A DNA stretch of 63,470 nucleotides, filler included, from Choristocarpus tenellus KU-1152 (lineage: Eukaryota > Protista > Phaeophyceae), in the NCBI GenBank assembly GCA_964200185.2. It is 12 parts of 12 records of this genome, joined end to end, with 100 filler letters (N's around TTAATTAATTAA, not from the genome) between each part and the next. Parts side by side here need not be neighbours in the genome. Positions count along the whole stretch, not along the records: positions 11,709 to 18,874 come from CAXNAD020006591.1; positions 18,975 to 22,055 come from CAXNAD020022452.1; positions 22,156 to 25,603 come from CAXNAD020019963.1; 9 more parts are not named here. One strand, written 5' to 3'. The notes below the pieces were generated by a model that had not been told where the DNA came from, did not search any database, and worked only from the letters and a program-made list of their open reading frames with translations. The translations under genes and the position numbers were made by a program. Numbering within the stretch: position 1 is the stretch's first letter; each line of letters starts with the position of its first letter. This document shows, piece by piece, positions 11,959 to 24,353 of the stretch.

Positions 11959-13699
11959 CTCTGTTGTGCGGTTGTACATCTCGTCGTCTTCTCCCCCCCA
12001 GCCCCAGAAGGTGTTGGGAAAACCATTGATGGCCTCGTAGTCGATCTGATTGAACGCCACAACGCCTCCGAAGTACCTTGTAAGGTCGCGGCAAACAGTG
12101 CATGTGGAGAGGATGGCAACACAGGGCATCGTGGGTGCATGATGCAAATTGCCACCAAAAAAAAAGCAGAGCGTGACCCAGCATCTTCCGATTGAAATCA
12201 CTCTGAATAAAATCTTTTTATCGAGGGACTCCATGCATGTGATACAAATAGCAGCAGTTGGAGCTTATGACTGACTGACAGCTATTACTCCTTGCGTGGG
12301 TTGCCATGGTGGTCTAGTTCCTTCCACCCAGCAAAGTCGCCATCATTGATGGGGGGGTGGTGCCTTGACACCCAAACCTAACAAAAGGCTTTCAACCAAT
12401 TTATCTTACTTACTGTATCTGATATTCGAGAATGTTCCTTGTGATGGCTTGACCTTTATGGGATCTTCAAAATTGCTATCGTTCGTATCACCAAGAGAGG
12501 ATGCCGTGCACAGTAAAGGGCCAAACAATTTTCAGCAAATCGGGTCACGCCTTGAGATCAAAAATGGGCTAGTAAAAGCACTTACTTTGGATTGTTGCTG
12601 TAACGATTCCAAACCCGCGCAATATGTACAGGTTGATGTGGGGTGGTAACATACCACCTACAGGATTGCGTCCAGTAACAACAAGGGTATTGTGGTTGGC
12701 AGAGGTCAGCGTTCCTGTGGGAAAAATGTTAACTCAGGGCAACAAAAGTTACTTATCCTATCCCAAAGGTTTAGAGTGAGGGAAGGGCAACGTGCCTAAC
12801 AACACTCAAGTTTTGGGCGAGATTGCAGACACTTCATTCCACAGCATATGGGCAAAGCCCTGCCAGTTAATATACAGGCATTAAAACTGGATCGAATAGC
12901 AGGGCAAGATGGTAAATTATGTTGATCGCGAGTAATCTGGCAGCTCGTGGTAGACCATCAAAGAAAAAAGAAAAGTCTAGGGACAACGAGTCAATTCTGG
13001 GCGATATAGCAAACACTGGTTCAACAACAAGGGGGTTGTCATAAGAGGCCGCCAACAAACAGGCGGTCATTCGGGACATTCCTGTATCAAATGGGGTACA
13101 ATATTATAGTGATATAGGTGCTTTGAGTTGCACAAAAATAACGAACAACGGCTAGATCTTTCCCTCATCACAAAAGAGGTCACAATGGTCAAAACGACAT
13201 GCAGTCGCAACCTGCCCAGTTCATCCGACGGAAGCAGATCCACGTCATGGAAGACGAAAACGCTGCAGCCAGTCTTTCGCGCCATGTCGAATCCAGCATT
13301 CAGAAGCTTTCCACGATTGAACTTCCGCCCATCGACCGATTGTTCCACTATGAATATGTGGAAGGTAACACCCTGCCTTTCGAGAAAAGACTCCATATAG
13401 GGGACAAAGCAAGAAAGATGAGCCCCACGATTCTGTGCCGCATCCTGATCACGGAAAGGCACAATGATAGCTACGTGCGGAGTACCAACGGGGAGGGATA
13501 TATCATTTGCTCGAGCTCGCTTTGCTGGACGGGTCGATACAGATGACCCATCTACGTACATCCCCCCCCCCTTTGGGTGTGTCCACTGGGAAAGTCCGGT
13601 TTGGGTGTCGAAGTAATACGTCGTGCTGTACTTGTGAGACATACAGGCAACCCATCCCGGGGGCAATGAGGTATCGACGGCGCCTTCTCCATTACTCAT
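11959..13699 (-). CDS. WW-domain + glycosyltransferase family 7 (beta-1,4-galactosyltransferase-like), 3' partial; exons 13699-13212, 12657-12586, 12076-11959
   Basis: WW domain LPPGWVACMSHKYSTTYYFDTQTGLSQWTHP. GT7 motifs VAIIVPFRD, FIVEQ, FNRGKLLNAGF, VFHDVDLLP, PVHIARVW, YFGGVVAF, INGFPNTFWGWGGEDDEMYNR. GT-AG introns in phases 2/2/0 join in frame. Confidence 0.92.
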
Positions 13700-13850
13700 C
13701 GCTCTCTGTGTATAACACCAAAGTGCAATAGTAGTAGTATTATATTGTGTGCTAAGAAGTACTTCTAATACAGAAGTAGTGAAAGAGGATTTTAACGAAG
13801 TGGTAACAACCACAACCTTACCAATAATAAATTATATGAGTGTGTGCTTC

Positions 13851-14242
13851 TGTGGAGGCGTGGTTCACTCAGGTAAGGGTGGCGAAGAGAATCGCTGGGA
13901 CCAGACGAACCAAGAAGAACCGTAACCGAGAGTACGAGGTTAAGGTTGGACAAATGCAAGAGTGCAAGGACTTGCAGGGAAAACTGAGGAGTGATGAGCA
14001 TCTTCAGAGAGGGGGCTTCATCACCACCACCAGTCAAGATGTGAGAACAAAGTGAATCTTTCATGTGTGACAATTCTGAATGACAACCTGTCCCAAGTTT
14101 TTGGGATTGGTCTCGTGAAGACATTCCATGGTTTCATTCTGGCCGAGGTCCACCAGTGGAATAATGGGTGCTTGACAAGGAACCTCAATCGGTATAACGA
14201 TATGACGGTATATGACATTTATGCAGTAACGGTATAACTACA
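13851..14242. repeat. Dispersed repeat, possible solo LTR (TG...CA); start repeated at 39193-39237
   Basis: TGTGGAGGCGTGGTTCACTCAGGTAAGGGTGGCGAAGAGAATC is nearly identical to 39193-39237. Ends in ...ACTACA. No TSD found, so the right boundary is tentative. Confidence 0.45.
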
Positions 14243-16928
14243 AACATGCTTTCCACAATTATCTACAATTTAAAGTTGTAGTTAAATAGTGAGGAGGGGA
14301 TGGGGTTATGAAGGTGAGGAAGGCAACGACTGCACACGAGGCAGGCAGGGGCAAGGAACTAGTGTAAGTGGAGGGCTTAACCCAGCTCCAGGTATAGACG
14401 CACAGATTTCTATCTTGCAGAACGGAGAAGGATGGACGGAGAACGGAATGGACCCACATGGGGACGAGGTGGAGGTGATTGAGGATGGGGATGGCAGCCC
14501 ACAAGATAGGCACGGGCAAGGGGGGAACACAAGCAGAGCACATCACTCCTCTTTGGAAATGGGTGGACAGATCTCGTCTCTGCAGGATGGCAAAATCCGG
14601 ACGGAAAACCATATGAGCACACAAGGGGATAGGACTAGAGAGGTGGTAGAGGCACACGATCATAGAGGGGCCCGCCCCTACACACCTACGATGAGGAGGA
14701 GGCAGGAGAGACTGTGATAAGAGGCATTACTGGGCTTCAACACCCAGCCTCCCCCACTGGGAACCTCAACCCATGCCCATCCCAGAAACCACGTCAGCTC
14801 ACACCGGAACGCTGTGTGATCTGTTTTTCCGAGATACAACAGCCAGTACTCCCTTTCTACAGCACACACTCACTGGATCTGGGCTGTGCCTCGGCTCTAT
14901 ACCTCCACACCAGACCCCTGCATCCCATCCCATGCCCCACCTGCCACACCCCTGCCATCCCAGAACACTACTATGCTGCCATGGAGGGGAGTGCGAGAAC
15001 CGAAGCTGTGCTGGAATCCATCCACTCACAATCGTCCTCCACCCCTTTTGCCATCACACCATTCCGCCTGCTCTCCATCCCACGCCCTCACCCCCCAGCC
15101 CCTCCCTCTTCTTTCCCGCCCTGCCCTAGCTGTCTATAGTCTCTTCCCCCATACCACCAAGGCACCCTCCCCTGTGGATGCTTGCTCCACCTCAACTGCA
15201 TGGTTAGCCTCTGCAAAGATGCCAACCACCCTCTCTCATGTCCCTACTGTGGAACACACTTACGCATTACCAAACTTTTCAATTGCACCTACACCATCCT
15301 AACCAGCCAAAGACCCCCACCTGGTGGGCTCATAACCCACCTGAATAATGCCACTGCATCCCAAATCTACCTCTTTTCACCACACAATATCCCGGGCCAG
15401 AACTCACACCCCACCCACCCCACTCCAAACCATCTCACCCCACCTCCCACCCAGTCACCATAACCACCACCACAACCCAACCCACACCCTCCATCCCACC
15501 CCACCCCACCTCCTTCCTCGTCCCAATTACCACCACCACCTGCCCCCACTAACCCCCCCCCTCTCCACAGAAAATCTAGGCCATCTACCACTACATACAC
15601 ATCTGCCTTGGGGGGTCCATATTCCAAGTGTAGCATCTGCCCTTCACCAAGTCCAGATGGAGACCTTGTAGCGGGTAAACATCACCAGAGTTTAGAAAGT
15701 CCTGGGCAGGCTTCGCACCGCCCACGCAATCAAACTCATGCACACAGTGGATCTCCTGATACATGAGGTAACTGCCCCAAGACTGGAGGGGGGGACACCA
15801 ACAATAGGGGTCATCAGAGCATCCAAAATCTTCCACATATCTCTTACTGGCAAATGATGGAAAGTTCTCGAGGGAGGAAAGGTTTGCCTGGGTGGCTTCA
15901 AGGAACATCCAAGAGCTAGTCGCATGGCTACTACAACGATCCTAGAGGACCAGTAGACGTAGGGAGGCCCCTGGAGAGGACCCCAAATCCCGCCAGGAAC
16001 ACGCTGCAGCACTGGGCCACCACCAAGGAGGAATTTGCAAGGGGGCAAGCATACTCCTAGCACAAGTCAGAGCCCCAGGGACGGAGGAGACTTTCGATGT
16101 ACTGGTCCCTAAACACCCAAGTGAGAACCAAGACGAGCTTAGGCAGGCCATCACGCACGCAAAAGACAGGGTACAAGGGAATGTACAAGATCTAGGGAAC
16201 AAAGGTACTGCCCACCTGAAGGGGAGTACACCCCCACCTCCCTTCGAAAACCCTTCATGTGGGCTAGCAGTAACTCAGCACCAGGCCCTGATGGGATGCG
16301 CCCTAGCCGCATCAGATCAGCCATCACGACAGATGTTGGTCACGAAGAAGTGGCAGAGGCGTTTGCAAAATGATGGGAGATAGCCTACACCTCCCCAGAC
16401 TCTCTACCCCTAGAGTTCTGGACACTCCACACAAACTCCAGACTGTCACCGCAATTGGGGAGAAGAATCGCCCGGTCGCCTGCGGCTCTTCTTTCAGGAG
16501 GGCATGTGGTGCTTCAGCTTTCTGTACAGACTGGCGTCCCGCCCCCTACCTGGAGGAATTTTCGGCAGAGTAAGAAAATTTGGGGTCGGGGTCCTAAATG
16601 GAGTAGAAAATGCACTCCTGGATATCCACCTAAGGAATGAGTGCGGAGAATGGGTCATCAGTTTGGACGGAAGGAATGCTTTCAACAACATACGTTGCTC
16701 AGCTTTCATCCAGGCCCTCCCAGAGACTCTACCAGAACTCCTACCTTATGTCTCCAAGGTATATGGGAACACCAGAAATCTTCTTTTCCCCCTAGGTGAG
16801 AGAGGGATTAAGATCCTACCATCAACATCTGGGACCCAACAGGGAGACCCACTGGGCCCCCTCTTATATTGTAGGGCAACACACAAGGCCTTGCAACAGG
16901 TCCAATCATTCTTTGGACCCCAAGGGAT

Positions 16929-17188
16929 GAGCTCAATTATCTTAGAGGGTAGAGTCGCGTCCATTTGAGGGCCAAAATCCTTTGTTGCGATTTTGATGTA
17001 ATTTTGGCTATCGTGTTTGTTAAGAAGTGTCAATACCCATGTTTCGGACACACCTTTTCATTATGTATACATTTTACCTACTCCAAAACATTTTGGAGTA
17101 GAACGATGTCATTAAAATACCCCATGGGAAGCCAAGTCCCAAATGGACAAACAGGGCAAAACTTGTACCCTCTAAGATACTTTCACTT
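16929..17188. mobile_element. MITE family A (Sola2-like, ~260 bp) inserted in the CRE RT, TSD GGAT
   Basis: TIRs GAGCTCAATTATCTTAGAGGGTA / TACCCTCTAAGATACTTTCACTT with GGAT on both sides. Removing the element plus one TSD restores the frame QGISSRSYLD. Confidence 0.9.
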
Positions 17189-17726
17189 GGATATCCTCCC
17201 GAAGCTACCTGGACGTCACATCCATATCAGCTAGAGAAATAGGCCCTAGCACCATAGCTGCTTTCGAGCAGCTAAAAACTAACCTCCATGAGGTAGGCAT
17301 TGACCTCAATATGGACAACACCTTTGCCGCACCTCCCCAAGGCCACCAACCCATACCCTCGGAACTGGAGCTTCTCTCTACAGCAAGAATCAACCTAGCC
17401 CCGAACCCCAATAGCTTTGTCACTTTAGGGGCTCCGGTAGGAACAGATGGTTTAATTCAAGCTCACATGGCTGAGGTGATCGAGAGCTCTGGGACACAAG
17501 CTTTGGCCATACACCTCAGCGAGATGGAGGACAAGCAGGTGGCCTAGCTCCTCAACTCCTGGTCCCCCTCTCCTCCTGCCTAAGCTATCTAGTGAGGGTC
17601 ACTCCCCCCCTCCACCATGGAGCAAGCAGACAACACCTCACCATGGACACTAGAGAGGATAATGGAGGTGGAAGACTCAACAGAAGACGCAGATTGTTTT
17701 GAAGGAGGGTGCAACAATGGGTCTCT

Positions 17727-18118
17727 TATTGAAATATTCCACACTGGACCCGAGGCTATGTGCCTTGATAGAGGACAATAAATGGCTTGGTGTAGATATA
17801 CAATACTAATTTTACAAGGGGCTTATGGTCTCAATTCCACTGCCTGAACTTGTGGGGTGAGACAAGTGCAAACTACCATGAGGGGTTTGCCACGTCCACA
17901 TGAATAGTCAAAAAAGAACACTATAATCAGAAAAGAATACTACAATCAGAAAAGAATACTATCACTGTATGATATGTACGTTGTAGAGCTCAACAAAAAT
18001 ACACGGAAACATATATCTGGCTCAACCTTACCTCCACTACTACACCGGTGGTGCCTACCTTTCCTAATCTACTCCAGTGGTGGTGTCTATAGTGTATCAG
18101 CAGCAGTATCTATGAACA
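17727..18118. mobile_element. Solo LTR (392 bp) nested in the CRE element, 5-bp TSD TCTCT
   Basis: Termini TATTG...GAACA (decayed TG...CA) with TCTCT at 17722-17726 and 18119-18123. Host coding sequence resumes afterwards (SLRLENQQQVQAQMPTSAGGLGL). Confidence 0.7.
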
Positions 18119-20269
18119 TCTCTCCGCCTAGAGAACCAACAACAAGTACAGGCACAGATGCCCACAAGTGCGGGGGGTCTGGGCCTATCCTCTATGAAAC
18201 ACCGCCAACATGCGACTTTCGTAGGATCACTGGTGGCTACTCTCCCCACTCTCCTCACAAGGCAGCAAGGGCCTCATGGTGAGTCCTTCTCGCAAGCTAT
18301 CTGCACGAGCCCCACCATTCAGGCCTTGGGAACATCCATTCACTCCCTCCAAGCCACAGGTGTCCCCCCAGAAGACCTTGCCGAAATTATTACCCAACAC
18401 TGGGTAACCTGGGGGGGGACAACACCCCCTGTACCTGCCCCAGAGGTACATATCCTAGCTGCCCATGACGCCAGGATCACAAGGAGGGCTCAACACGAGA
18501 CCACACGCCTCCTCGACAAGGTCCGTTTTGACTCCTTCAGGACACAACTGACCGGCCTTCCAAATGAGGCACACCAAGGGAGGGAAAGCTCCTCATTGGT
18601 CCTAGCGCGCCACTGGAGCCAGTGTCGACAAGGGGCAAACGCGTGGGGCTCAACTCAACCTCCGGAACCAGCATACCAGATCCCCCCTCTGGAATTCAAG
18701 CTCACAGTCAGCAAATCCCTAGGGAGGGAGGAGGCCCTATCCAACAGGTGTCCAGTGGCAGGGTGCAGCAGGCAAAATGTTGATATCAGACATGCCTGTA
18801 CCTGCCCCAGGGCAGGGGGACAGGTAAGACAGCACACTCCAATGGTGAAATGCCTGCACCAACTATGCAAGGGGNNNNNNNNNNNNNNNNNNNNNNNNNN
18901 NNNNNNNNNNNNNNNNNNTTAATTAATTAANNNNNNNNNNNNNNNNNNNNNNNNNNNNNNNNNNNNNNNNNNNNTGTTGTTCTCCCCCCCCCCCCCCCCC
19001 CCTGATACTTTGAGCCAAACCTTGGGCCATGTCGTTCAGGATTCAAGGGACATGAAGGAGAAGACTTGTGTGGAAAAAAGATTGAATATACCTATTGATG
19101 AAGCATGGCAAGGTGATTCATGTTTCTCAAAATGAGCGCAGAATGTTATTCATGAAGTACATAATAGCACATCAATGTCCCAAGTACGCAATCTGGAAGA
19201 GATGAGTACACGTTCACTGAGGAGTGTGTCCGTATAGCATTGAAAACGCTGCACGGAAGACCACATTACAACAGGACAAAAAAAAGCCAACGCATCATTA
19301 TGTCTATTCATCTATCAAGGAGAAAACAACTAAGAAGAATCCTAGAAAGGGAAAGTGTGTAGGAAGTGTAACAAAAAATGAGTGACGTATTATTAGAATG
19401 AATGATAAGGGTGACAAGGACCCCCCTTTGGGCATGGATGTTCTCTCCTCCGTTCACCTTCCTTACTTCAACTACAACCTATTCTACACAATAAGGAATT
19501 AATCGAGTTACATACATAAGTCCTGAAAACATCAATTTCTTTAACATGGGATGAAGCGCTGCAGGTCTACTCCCGCAATCCTTCTTTACATCGCGATCCC
19601 CCTCCTCGCTAGCTCCTCCTCGTTATCAATGTCTATACTTCCATCCCAACACCATCACCCTCCATTTTCACGTTACTGACAGCAGACGGCATCGGGACTC
19701 TGTATTTCCCTTCTACTACTAGCTTGCTTGACATGTCAGCACACTTTAAACTATGCTAGCTAGCATGTGAAAGAATATGTAGAATACCAAGTCTTGATAT
19801 TGAAATATGTAGATTAGTTCCTTCGCAGTTATATTGCAGTAGGTACAACGTTGGAGTGAGAAACACCATCCAAGCACGGGGGGGGGGTGATAGACCTTAA
19901 ACTCATCCCTGATCACTAATAACTCATCACTGAATCTGTGCTACTTGCTTCAACATTCCTTTTCCAGGATTCTTCTTATGATACTCCAATAACCCAGATA
20001 TTGTTCTCTCAATCACTCTACAGAAAGATTACTATCAACTATCCAATTTTCCAGCAGTTATCTAACATCTATCCAACAACACTCTAATTATGTAACAACT
20101 GATTGTTTCCTTAGTAAGGTATTTTCCCACATGAATTAAAAGCATGATCTTGACATACTCAACTCTGCAAGTAACAACACTAGGTCAACAGTTGTTGTAC
20201 ATGTTTTCCAGAAGTAATTTGAAAGATCGAACAACTAGAGATGAGGTGTTACTGCATAACACGAGTTAT

Positions 20270-20725
20270 GGAGGTAGCAGTCCAGGGCTTAATGGTGGTG
20301 GCGATAACTCTCAATGATGAGGATGAACTCCCTGGAACAAGAGTCGGTGTTGAAGCTGATCCCAGCAATAAATGTGTAGCGTCCCCACCCACCCACGACA
20401 TCTCTCTGACGACATTATGGTATCCATTTTAAATGATGATTTTATTTATATCAGTCTGAGAGATCCCAGATTGGTGTCAAAAGGAACCCAGACAGAGACG
20501 TAACACAACACAATAATATAATGTGGAGCACATAGGAGAAGGGGGAAGGGAGAAGGAAAAGGGAAAGAGGGGAAGAAGAAAACAAATAAAGACTCTACAA
20601 AAAATAAATCGAAGACCTGATCTGAAGGACACATTATCTTACCTTTACACATGATGGACATCTCAAATATCTTATTGTCAAAGGAACGCAGAAGAGTTAA
20701 TTCCCGTGTCTCGTCCCATCCATCA
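20270..20725 (-). CDS. Possible 3' exons of an unknown gene (~20725-20618 and ~20406-20270)
   Basis: Open AG/GT-bounded segments DGWDETRELTLLRSFDNKIFEMSIMCKGKIMCPSDQ and RDVVGGDATHLLLG...VMQ* join in phase 0. No family recognised. Confidence 0.3.
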
Positions 20726-20963
20726 CTACCACATGGGAAGAACATCAAGAAAACTCCATAAAATGAAAAAAAACACACTAGTGGACAAGAGAAAACACAC
20801 CCAAGGTTAGGCAACCAATCAGGCAAACCAAAACGGATAAAAAAAAATAGAGTTAGTAGTGGTAGCAGCAGTGGTATTTGCAGTCATCAGGCAGCAGGCA
20901 GGGACTGGATTTGAACCCTGATCGGCTTGTAGCTGCATTATCTACTACTTTAGCATGGCATAT

Positions 20964-21213
20964 GGGTCAAAGTATCTAGGGGGCGGGGGGCGGGGGGGTA
21001 GTGAGGGGGCGCCCGTTTCGGTCANNNNNNNNNNATGCGTCCTGCTGGGGTGGGGTAGGTGTGGAGCGAGGGGGCGCCCGTTTCGGTCAAACAACTCTTT
21101 TTTTGCTGACACTTCAAATCCTACACGTGCGACCAAATCACACCAAAGAAGTGGAAATCGAAAAATGGGTAAAAAACGGACGCCGACACCCCCCCCCCAA
21201 GATACTTTGACCC
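20964..21213. mobile_element. MITE family B (divergent copy), TSD ATAT
   Basis: TIRs GGGTCAAAGTATCT / AGATACTTTGACCC with ATAT on both sides and internal G/C runs. Confidence 0.85.
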
Positions 21214-21598
21214 ATATTTCAGATAATACTCTCTGTCTTTAATCCCTTTCATCCATGAAGTACTTGACTCCATAAACTACGCGTGCATATTACGGTCATA
21301 GTCCTCTACTCCTCAGTCATCACCCAAAACTCCTCGAGACCATCTTACATACACATCCAACAGCATTTCTCCTTGTCATCTGGCTTCCGTTTTCTACTCA
21401 CTACTTCGCAAAGCATCATCATCCCAAGAAGTCTTTCATCCCTCTTACGTGTAACTAACCAATCCTGCGACAAGAGTCTCTGTTACCGCACAGTTGTCTC
21501 GATACCGTCACAGTCATGATATTGAGCATCTATCCAGGAGAAGATGGATATATACTAAAACTGGGAGTTGTACAAAGCACACTACTACTCGCATTGTG

Positions 21599-21632
<34 letters not shown>

Positions 21633-21675
21633 AACAGACAAACAGACAAACAGACAAACAGACAAACAGACAGAC
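21599..21675. repeat. (CAGA)n/(CAGACAAA)n microsatellite
   Basis: Directly visible tetranucleotide tandem repeat. Confidence 0.95.
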
Positions 21676-22285
21676 ACCCCCCCCTCCCCTCACACACACA
21701 CACACAAAGACGCTGACACAGACTCACACATAAGTTCCTACTACTGTGGTGAAAACGCATGCCGCATGCCCATGATGCGGGCAACCTGTTAAGGGTACAA
21801 TAGATGCTGGCGGAGATGATGGCCGCGATTGTCATGGTGCACAAGGTATTGGTTTTTATCGTGTTGGAGAAGAAGATGTAGACAGTGTGACACCCACAAG
21901 GCAGCCAACACGACGCAGATCCAGGCTGCACGAAAACAGTACAACCAGACTGACCAGCGTGTTTAGCTTGGAGGCTCAATGACCCGAAGTATCTTTGGGA
22001 GGGGGGGGGGGGGGGGGGCCCCCCCAGGGCGTCCATTTGGGACATAACAAGGAAANNNNNNNNNNNNNNNNNNNNNNNNNNNNNNNNNNNNNNNNNNNNT
22101 TAATTAATTAANNNNNNNNNNNNNNNNNNNNNNNNNNNNNNNNNNNNNNNNNNNNTTGTGGATGGGGGCCGGTTGAGAGAGGTGGGGGGGGGGTGGGGGG
22201 GGTGCTTTTTTTCTGTACAGAAAGTGAGATAGGGAGAGTGATGAGTGTGAAAAGGGTGGTTCGTTTTAGAGTTATTTTTGTGCAG

Positions 22286-23277
22286 ACTTTGGCTCGAGGG
22301 CTGCAGTCATGTCAGCACTGAGAGCACAGTTCGGCAGAGATTGGTGGCGCCAGGTGCTGGTGGAGGGGGGAGGAGGGGGGGGGCAGGGTTGGAGGGGCAA
22401 GGAGAGGAAGAGGTTTTTCTTCTACACACACACAATTGCTGTAACGTTTTTTTTTTTTCTATCTCTATGTAGCATGTCTTGTAGCAAAATCCGTTGTCAT
22501 ACTTTTATGGGGTTTCCACGATCCATCGTTTGCTGTGTCGGCTGTTATTTTTGTCTGTGCGACTATTTATGCTGCTCCTGCTGCTGCTACTGCTGCTACT
22601 GCTGCTACTGCACCTCACAAGACTTCCAAACGATGTGGATTCGTCCTCACTGCGCTGGATGAAGTCGAGATAGTAGTAGGTGCCTCTTATTGTTGGGGGT
22701 TATTGGATGGATTGGAGGAACACGCCTTCCTACCAATCTTTGGTACCCCCCTGTCTGTGTCTGTGTCTTGTCTGTGCATGTTTTGTATGTGTGTTCAGAT
22801 CTATTGTGTGTGATCATGGTGAATTTGTAGGGGTTCCTTGCTCTGTGGCAAGCCCCTGGGCAGAATGGAATCCCAACAGATCGAGAGAGTGTAGTACACT
22901 GGACTACATTGAATGGTTCGTGGTTTTGGTAAGGGAAGTGGCGCCGCTGTGATGTGGCAACACAGAAGTTCTTTTCCTGGTGTGTTGATGATGGTTGGGG
23001 AGTCAAAGTGTTCAGGTTTTGTTTTCATCTCATTGTTATGTTCATGTTTCATTCGGAGAGTTATTGTCTTGGGTGTTTGTAACTGTTGCTACCTGTCTCC
23101 TCTCTCGGTGGCCCTTCCACCGAACACGTTGAACTTTCCTTTTTGCATGCGAGCCTTTGCCTCGCCTGCCTGCTTGCCTGCCAGCCTGCCTTGCCTGCTA
23201 ATATCAGAATATCAGTCCTCGATGTTGGATTTTCGAACCAATGTTCCATGGTTCCCATGTGTGCTTGGAGGGTTAAG
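22286..23277 (+). CDS. Possible 3' exons of an unknown gene (~22286-22353, ~22799-22915, ~23216-23277)
   Basis: AG/GT-bounded open segments DFGSRAAVMSALRAQFGRDWWRQ, SIVCDHGEFVGVPCSVASPWAEWNPNRSRECSTLDYIE and CPRCWIFEPMFHGSHVCLEG*. No family recognised and the splicing is tentative. Confidence 0.3.
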
Positions 23278-23467
23278 AACCCCTGTCCAGATGGAACTGG
23301 TCCTCACTGTTCATATGTGGACATGTAATGTGTTGACGCATGGGCAACTCTCGAAGATATATTGGAGATAAAGATCAGGATCCTCACCTTGTGATGGTTG
23401 CCCTGTCCCTTAGTAAGGTTCCATCAATGTGTGACATTGTTTAGACATGTCAGCACCTACTTTCAAA

Positions 23468-23646
23468 GGCTCAAAGTATCTGGCGGGGGGTGACGGCTGT
23501 CCATTTGGGGTTCATTTTTTCATGTCGCAATTTTTGGGTGATTTGGTTGCATGCGTCGGATGGATAATGTGAGTGCACTTTTCCTTATCAAGACCCAAGT
23601 GAACACCCTGGCACAGAATCCCCTCCCCCCCTAGATACTTTTAGCC
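23468..23646. mobile_element. MITE family B (~180 bp)
   Basis: GGCTCAAAGTATCT...AGATACTTTTAGCC; the body matches 26509-26695 in reverse orientation. Confidence 0.85.
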
Positions 23647-24156
23647 ATAGGGACCTGTTCCATACGAATTCACAATTGTAAGTAGTCTGGAGTTATTCTC
23701 TTATTCAGAACATGAAACTAGTGAGTGCATGTAACAATCAATCTCGGAAGCTGTTGCTGTTTTTCTAGGTATTTTAGCATGCCATCGTTTATCAAGCATG
23801 ACAGATTGTTGTGCTTGCTAAAAAATCACGAGAACATGTTTGTTGAGGCGTTATTAACAACACCGATAGTTTGTACACCCAGCCAAACAAAAAAGAGATC
23901 GAAATTCTAGAAGGATGAAGTGGTATTGATATAGGTGTGTCAATATGCCCTACCAAGTCCTCTTCAACTCTCAGGTTGTATCAACTACCTATGAAAGGCC
24001 TCTCCCACACCAGACTCACGTTGATAGGGTTACATTCGATGGATTGCTGGAATTATCATGTCCAACAGGGCCTGGTACTCTTCACACAAGGAACCCAATG
24101 GTGACCACTACACCACTCTGATTCGTCCCCTGTGGGAGGACATCGTTTGACTAAGT

Positions 24157-24353
24157 GTACACATCGTCACATTTGGTAGTATACTTTTCATTGAAATGTA
24201 CAAACCGTCACCATTATGGTTATTCTGAATAGTGGGAATTAAAATGAATCAAAGCGCACACATCGTCACAGTTGGTAGTGTATTTTTCATTGGAATGTAC
24301 ACGTGGTCCCTATTATGATTATTCTGAACGGTGGGAAATAAAATTAATCAAAG
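24157..24353. repeat. Tandem duplication of a ~98-bp unit
   Basis: ACACATCGTCACA.TTGGTAGT...GAAT/AATCAAAG occurs twice head-to-tail with scattered mismatches. Confidence 0.8.

Larger units (their letters stand above)
14289..18874 (+). mobile_element. Decayed CRE-clade (RLE-type) non-LTR retrotransposon with N-terminal tandem RING-like fingers; 3' end lost at linker
   Basis: RT motifs RPVACG, GVGVLNGVE, SLDGRNAFNNI, SGTQQGDPLGPLLY, SYLDV (decayed YLDD), LGAPVG, MPTSAGGLGL; C-terminal CPVAGC...HACTC zinc knuckle. Multiple stops and frameshifts. Interrupted by a MITE (16929-17188) and a solo LTR (17727-18118). The 5' boundary is approximate. Confidence 0.85.

Noticed and set aside
21494-21792. 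QTDR/CLSV repeat ORFs
   Set aside because: They are translations of the CAGA/CAAA microsatellite.
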